Origin: Planctomycetota bacterium
GTDB lineage: Bacteria > Planctomycetota > SZUA-567 > H5-PLA8
Reading direction: 5' to 3'
Assembly (NCBI GenBank): GCA_038227875.1
Contig: JBBRPR010000076.1
Span: 1 to 38,848 of the forward strand
Length of the DNA: 38,848 nt
Positions 37,157 through 38,848 of this stretch are shown one piece after another. Numbering within the stretch: position 1 is the first letter of the stretch; every line of letters begins with the position of its first letter. The position numbers and the translations under genes were made by a program. The notes below the pieces were generated by a model, which was not told where the DNA came from, made no database searches, and saw nothing but the letters and a program-made list of their open reading frames with translations.

Positions 37157-38167
37157 TGTAGCTGCTAATAGACATCCCGGACAGGTGGGATATTCTCACA
37201 ACCCACCGCAGGAGGGTCGGGATGAAGAATCCAGTTTACGAGCAAATCCAGGCGAGGAAGGTGAAGGCCAGGCTTCGCATGCTGCAGCATGCGAAGCGCT
37301 TGAGCGGCAATGTCAGTCAGACCTGCCGTTTTTTCGGGGTTTCCAGAGCGCTCTACTACATCTGGAAGAAACGCTATGAAAAGAATGGCTTAGCTGGTCT
37401 CCGGGACTTGCCCCGACGACCTCACCATATCAAGTTTCACATTCCTCCGGAGATTGTTTCGCTGATTCTCCGTATTCGGGAAGAGCGGCGTTACGGCGCT
37501 GTTCGAGTCAGCCTCTATCTACAACGGCATTACCATGCCTACGTATCACCGACGACGATCCTAAAGATCTTTCATCGTCATCACGTTGGCCCTGTTTCAC
37601 AGAAGAAGTATCGTCCCGGCCCAAAACCACCGGATGCCCCTCTGCAGGTTCCAGGCCGCTCCGTTCAACTGGATGTGAAGTTCGTTCCCCGTGTGGGAAG
37701 AGCGCGGCAGCGCTTTTATCAATTCACGGCCATTGACGAAGCGACTCGATTTCGCGTCCTACGCATTTACGACCACGACAACACCAAGACCGCCATAGAC
37801 TTTCTCCAGGAAGTCCGGGAGCATTTTCCCTTTGCCATTCAGAAGATCCAGACCGATAACGGCTCTTCCTTCGGGCCACAGTTCACTTGGCACCTTTCCG
37901 ATCTCCACATCTCTCACAAACACATACCCCCAGGCTGCCCGGAGGTGAACGGGAAGGTCGAGCGGAGCCACAAAACTGATTCGCAGGAGTTCTACCAAGG
38001 GAGGCATTTCAAACATAAAGGGATCTGGCTCGAAAGCTGAAGCGATGGGAGACCGAATACAACGAAGATCGCCCCCACCTCGCACTCAAGGGCAAGACGC
38101 CAGCTGAACGAGTGCGCGAACTCGTTCAGCCATCCAAACCTGTAAGGGATCTCTCTTGACTAATACA
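37157..38167 (+). mobile_element. IS481-family insertion sequence (1011 bp)
   Basis: TGT...ACA ends, imperfect IRs (21/30 by eye), and a 4-bp duplication CTTT at 37153-56 and 38168-71. Confidence 0.92.
37222..38159 (+). pseudogene. IS481 transposase with C-terminal frameshift
   Basis: HTH (NVSQTCRFFGVSRALYYIW) and DDE (VQLDVK, QTDNGSSF, GKVERSH); the expected tail EYNEDRPHLALKGKTPAE is in the -1 frame after about 38020 and ends at TGA 38157-59. Confidence 0.88.
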
Positions 38168-38661
38168 CTTTTCATTCCTTTTTCATTCATGATCAGCATA
38201 AAGACGTCCGTGGACGAGCCGCCAATCTGGAAACCGTAACTGCCGCCCTCGATACGTACCCCCGCGGGCGGTCCCCACCGGTCCGAACGGCGCCGGCATG
38301 AAACAAAGCCGCGTCCGTACTTACCGCCGACGAGGAAAGCACCTTTCTTTAATCGCGGGATGATGACCACGCATTCAGCTTTGTCCAGAAGATCGCGGGG
38401 AATGCCCTTTTCGGGAACTCTCATGATCTCCTGGAAAGAATCTGCCGCGCTGCGTATCCGATTGTCGGGCGTTTCAGCGAATACACTTAGACCAAGTAGA
38501 GAAGCAAAAGCGAGGGCGCCGACAGTGCGCGCCACAGCGCATCGGGACAATTTCGAGTTCATGATGGTCTCCTAAACTGTATAGGAATACGCTACTGCAA
38601 TGAAAGCTGTCGGGTAAACGTTGTAAAGGCAATAATTAATCCCGTTACCCTCGTTGAAAGA

Positions 38662-38703
38662 GCGCGCCCGGGGAGGCTCGAACGCCCGACCCTCCGTAGA
38701 AGA
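38662..38703 (-). other. Degenerate tRNA-Arg-like 3' fragment
   Basis: Minus strand CTACGGA-GGGTCGGGCGTTCGAGCCTCCCCGGGCGCGC: ACG-loop-like heptamer, T-arm and CGGGCGC-G acceptor strand; CCA decayed. Confidence 0.55.
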
Positions 38704-38796
38704 CAAAGTGGTGAAAAGACATGTCCCCACTTGTCCATAAGAGAGCGGCCCAAAAACCACTAAGTGACGCCAGGACAGCGACTTATGTGATTTTAA

Positions 38797-38848
38797 CACT
38801 TGGTTCGGGACCAGGAGGTCGAAGGTTCAAATCCTTTCGCCCCGACCA
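38797..38848 (+). tRNA. 3' two-thirds of tRNA-Pro(CGG), no 5' half (att-type duplication, not a functional tRNA)
   Basis: CTTGG-TTCGGGA-CCAGG anticodon arm, GAAGG-TTCAAAT-CCTTT T-arm and CGCCCCG-A-CCA; upstream sequence has no D-arm or CGGGGCG acceptor strand. Confidence 0.88.

Larger units (their letters stand above)
36732..38562 (-). pseudogene. Second Ysc84/SYLF gene (with start of an OmpA-like domain) split by IS481
   Basis: 5' part 38562-38168 (IPRDLLDKAECVVII...MNEKGMK) and 3' part 37152-36732 (RLLSDKFTIGG...WSRSRGLFAGLSLEG) rejoin in frame (816 nt) once the IS and one TSD copy are removed. Confidence 0.92.

Noticed and set aside
38740..38848. Complete tRNA-Pro gene
   Set aside because: No 5' acceptor strand or D-arm; only the 3' portion is present.
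1..38848. CRISPR array, rRNA or anti-phage defence genes
   Set aside because: No regularly spaced repeats, rRNA-like sequence or recognisable defence domains seen.

Overview
Probably an Acidobacteriota-type chromosome segment (inferred from gene types: Oar-like TonB receptor ending PRLVQFGLKFNF, ASPIC/UnbV-TPR protein, SYLF proteins). The core (8.3-25.9 kb) is a LacI-regulated, PUL-like nucleoside utilisation locus. It encodes a divergent Qng1/DUF2419 queuosine-salvage homologue with a Tat-like N-terminus, five signal-peptide-bearing IU-family nucleoside hydrolases of three active-site types, DeoC, an ALDH16-type dehydrogenase, a DMT permease, a ribokinase with an apparent CTG start and a TonB-dependent receptor. 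A duplicated promoter/tandem-operator cassette precedes the two closest hydrolase paralogues. The left flank has glycoside-hydrolase-like and mutarotase-like genes, a SYLF gene, an integrase remnant beside a tRNA 3' fragment, and a GH-like/FGE-fold gene. The right flank has TPR and ASPIC/UnbV genes and then a decayed island: coxA, PilZ, XRE, REC and PD40 fragments, an internally deleted IS30, a truncated IS110/IS1111 whose bridge-RNA-like guides match its own junction, and an IS481 splitting a SYLF-OmpA gene. Arg- and Pro-tRNA 3' fragments (att-like) lie at the right end. All calls come from reading the sequence by eye; no searches were run.
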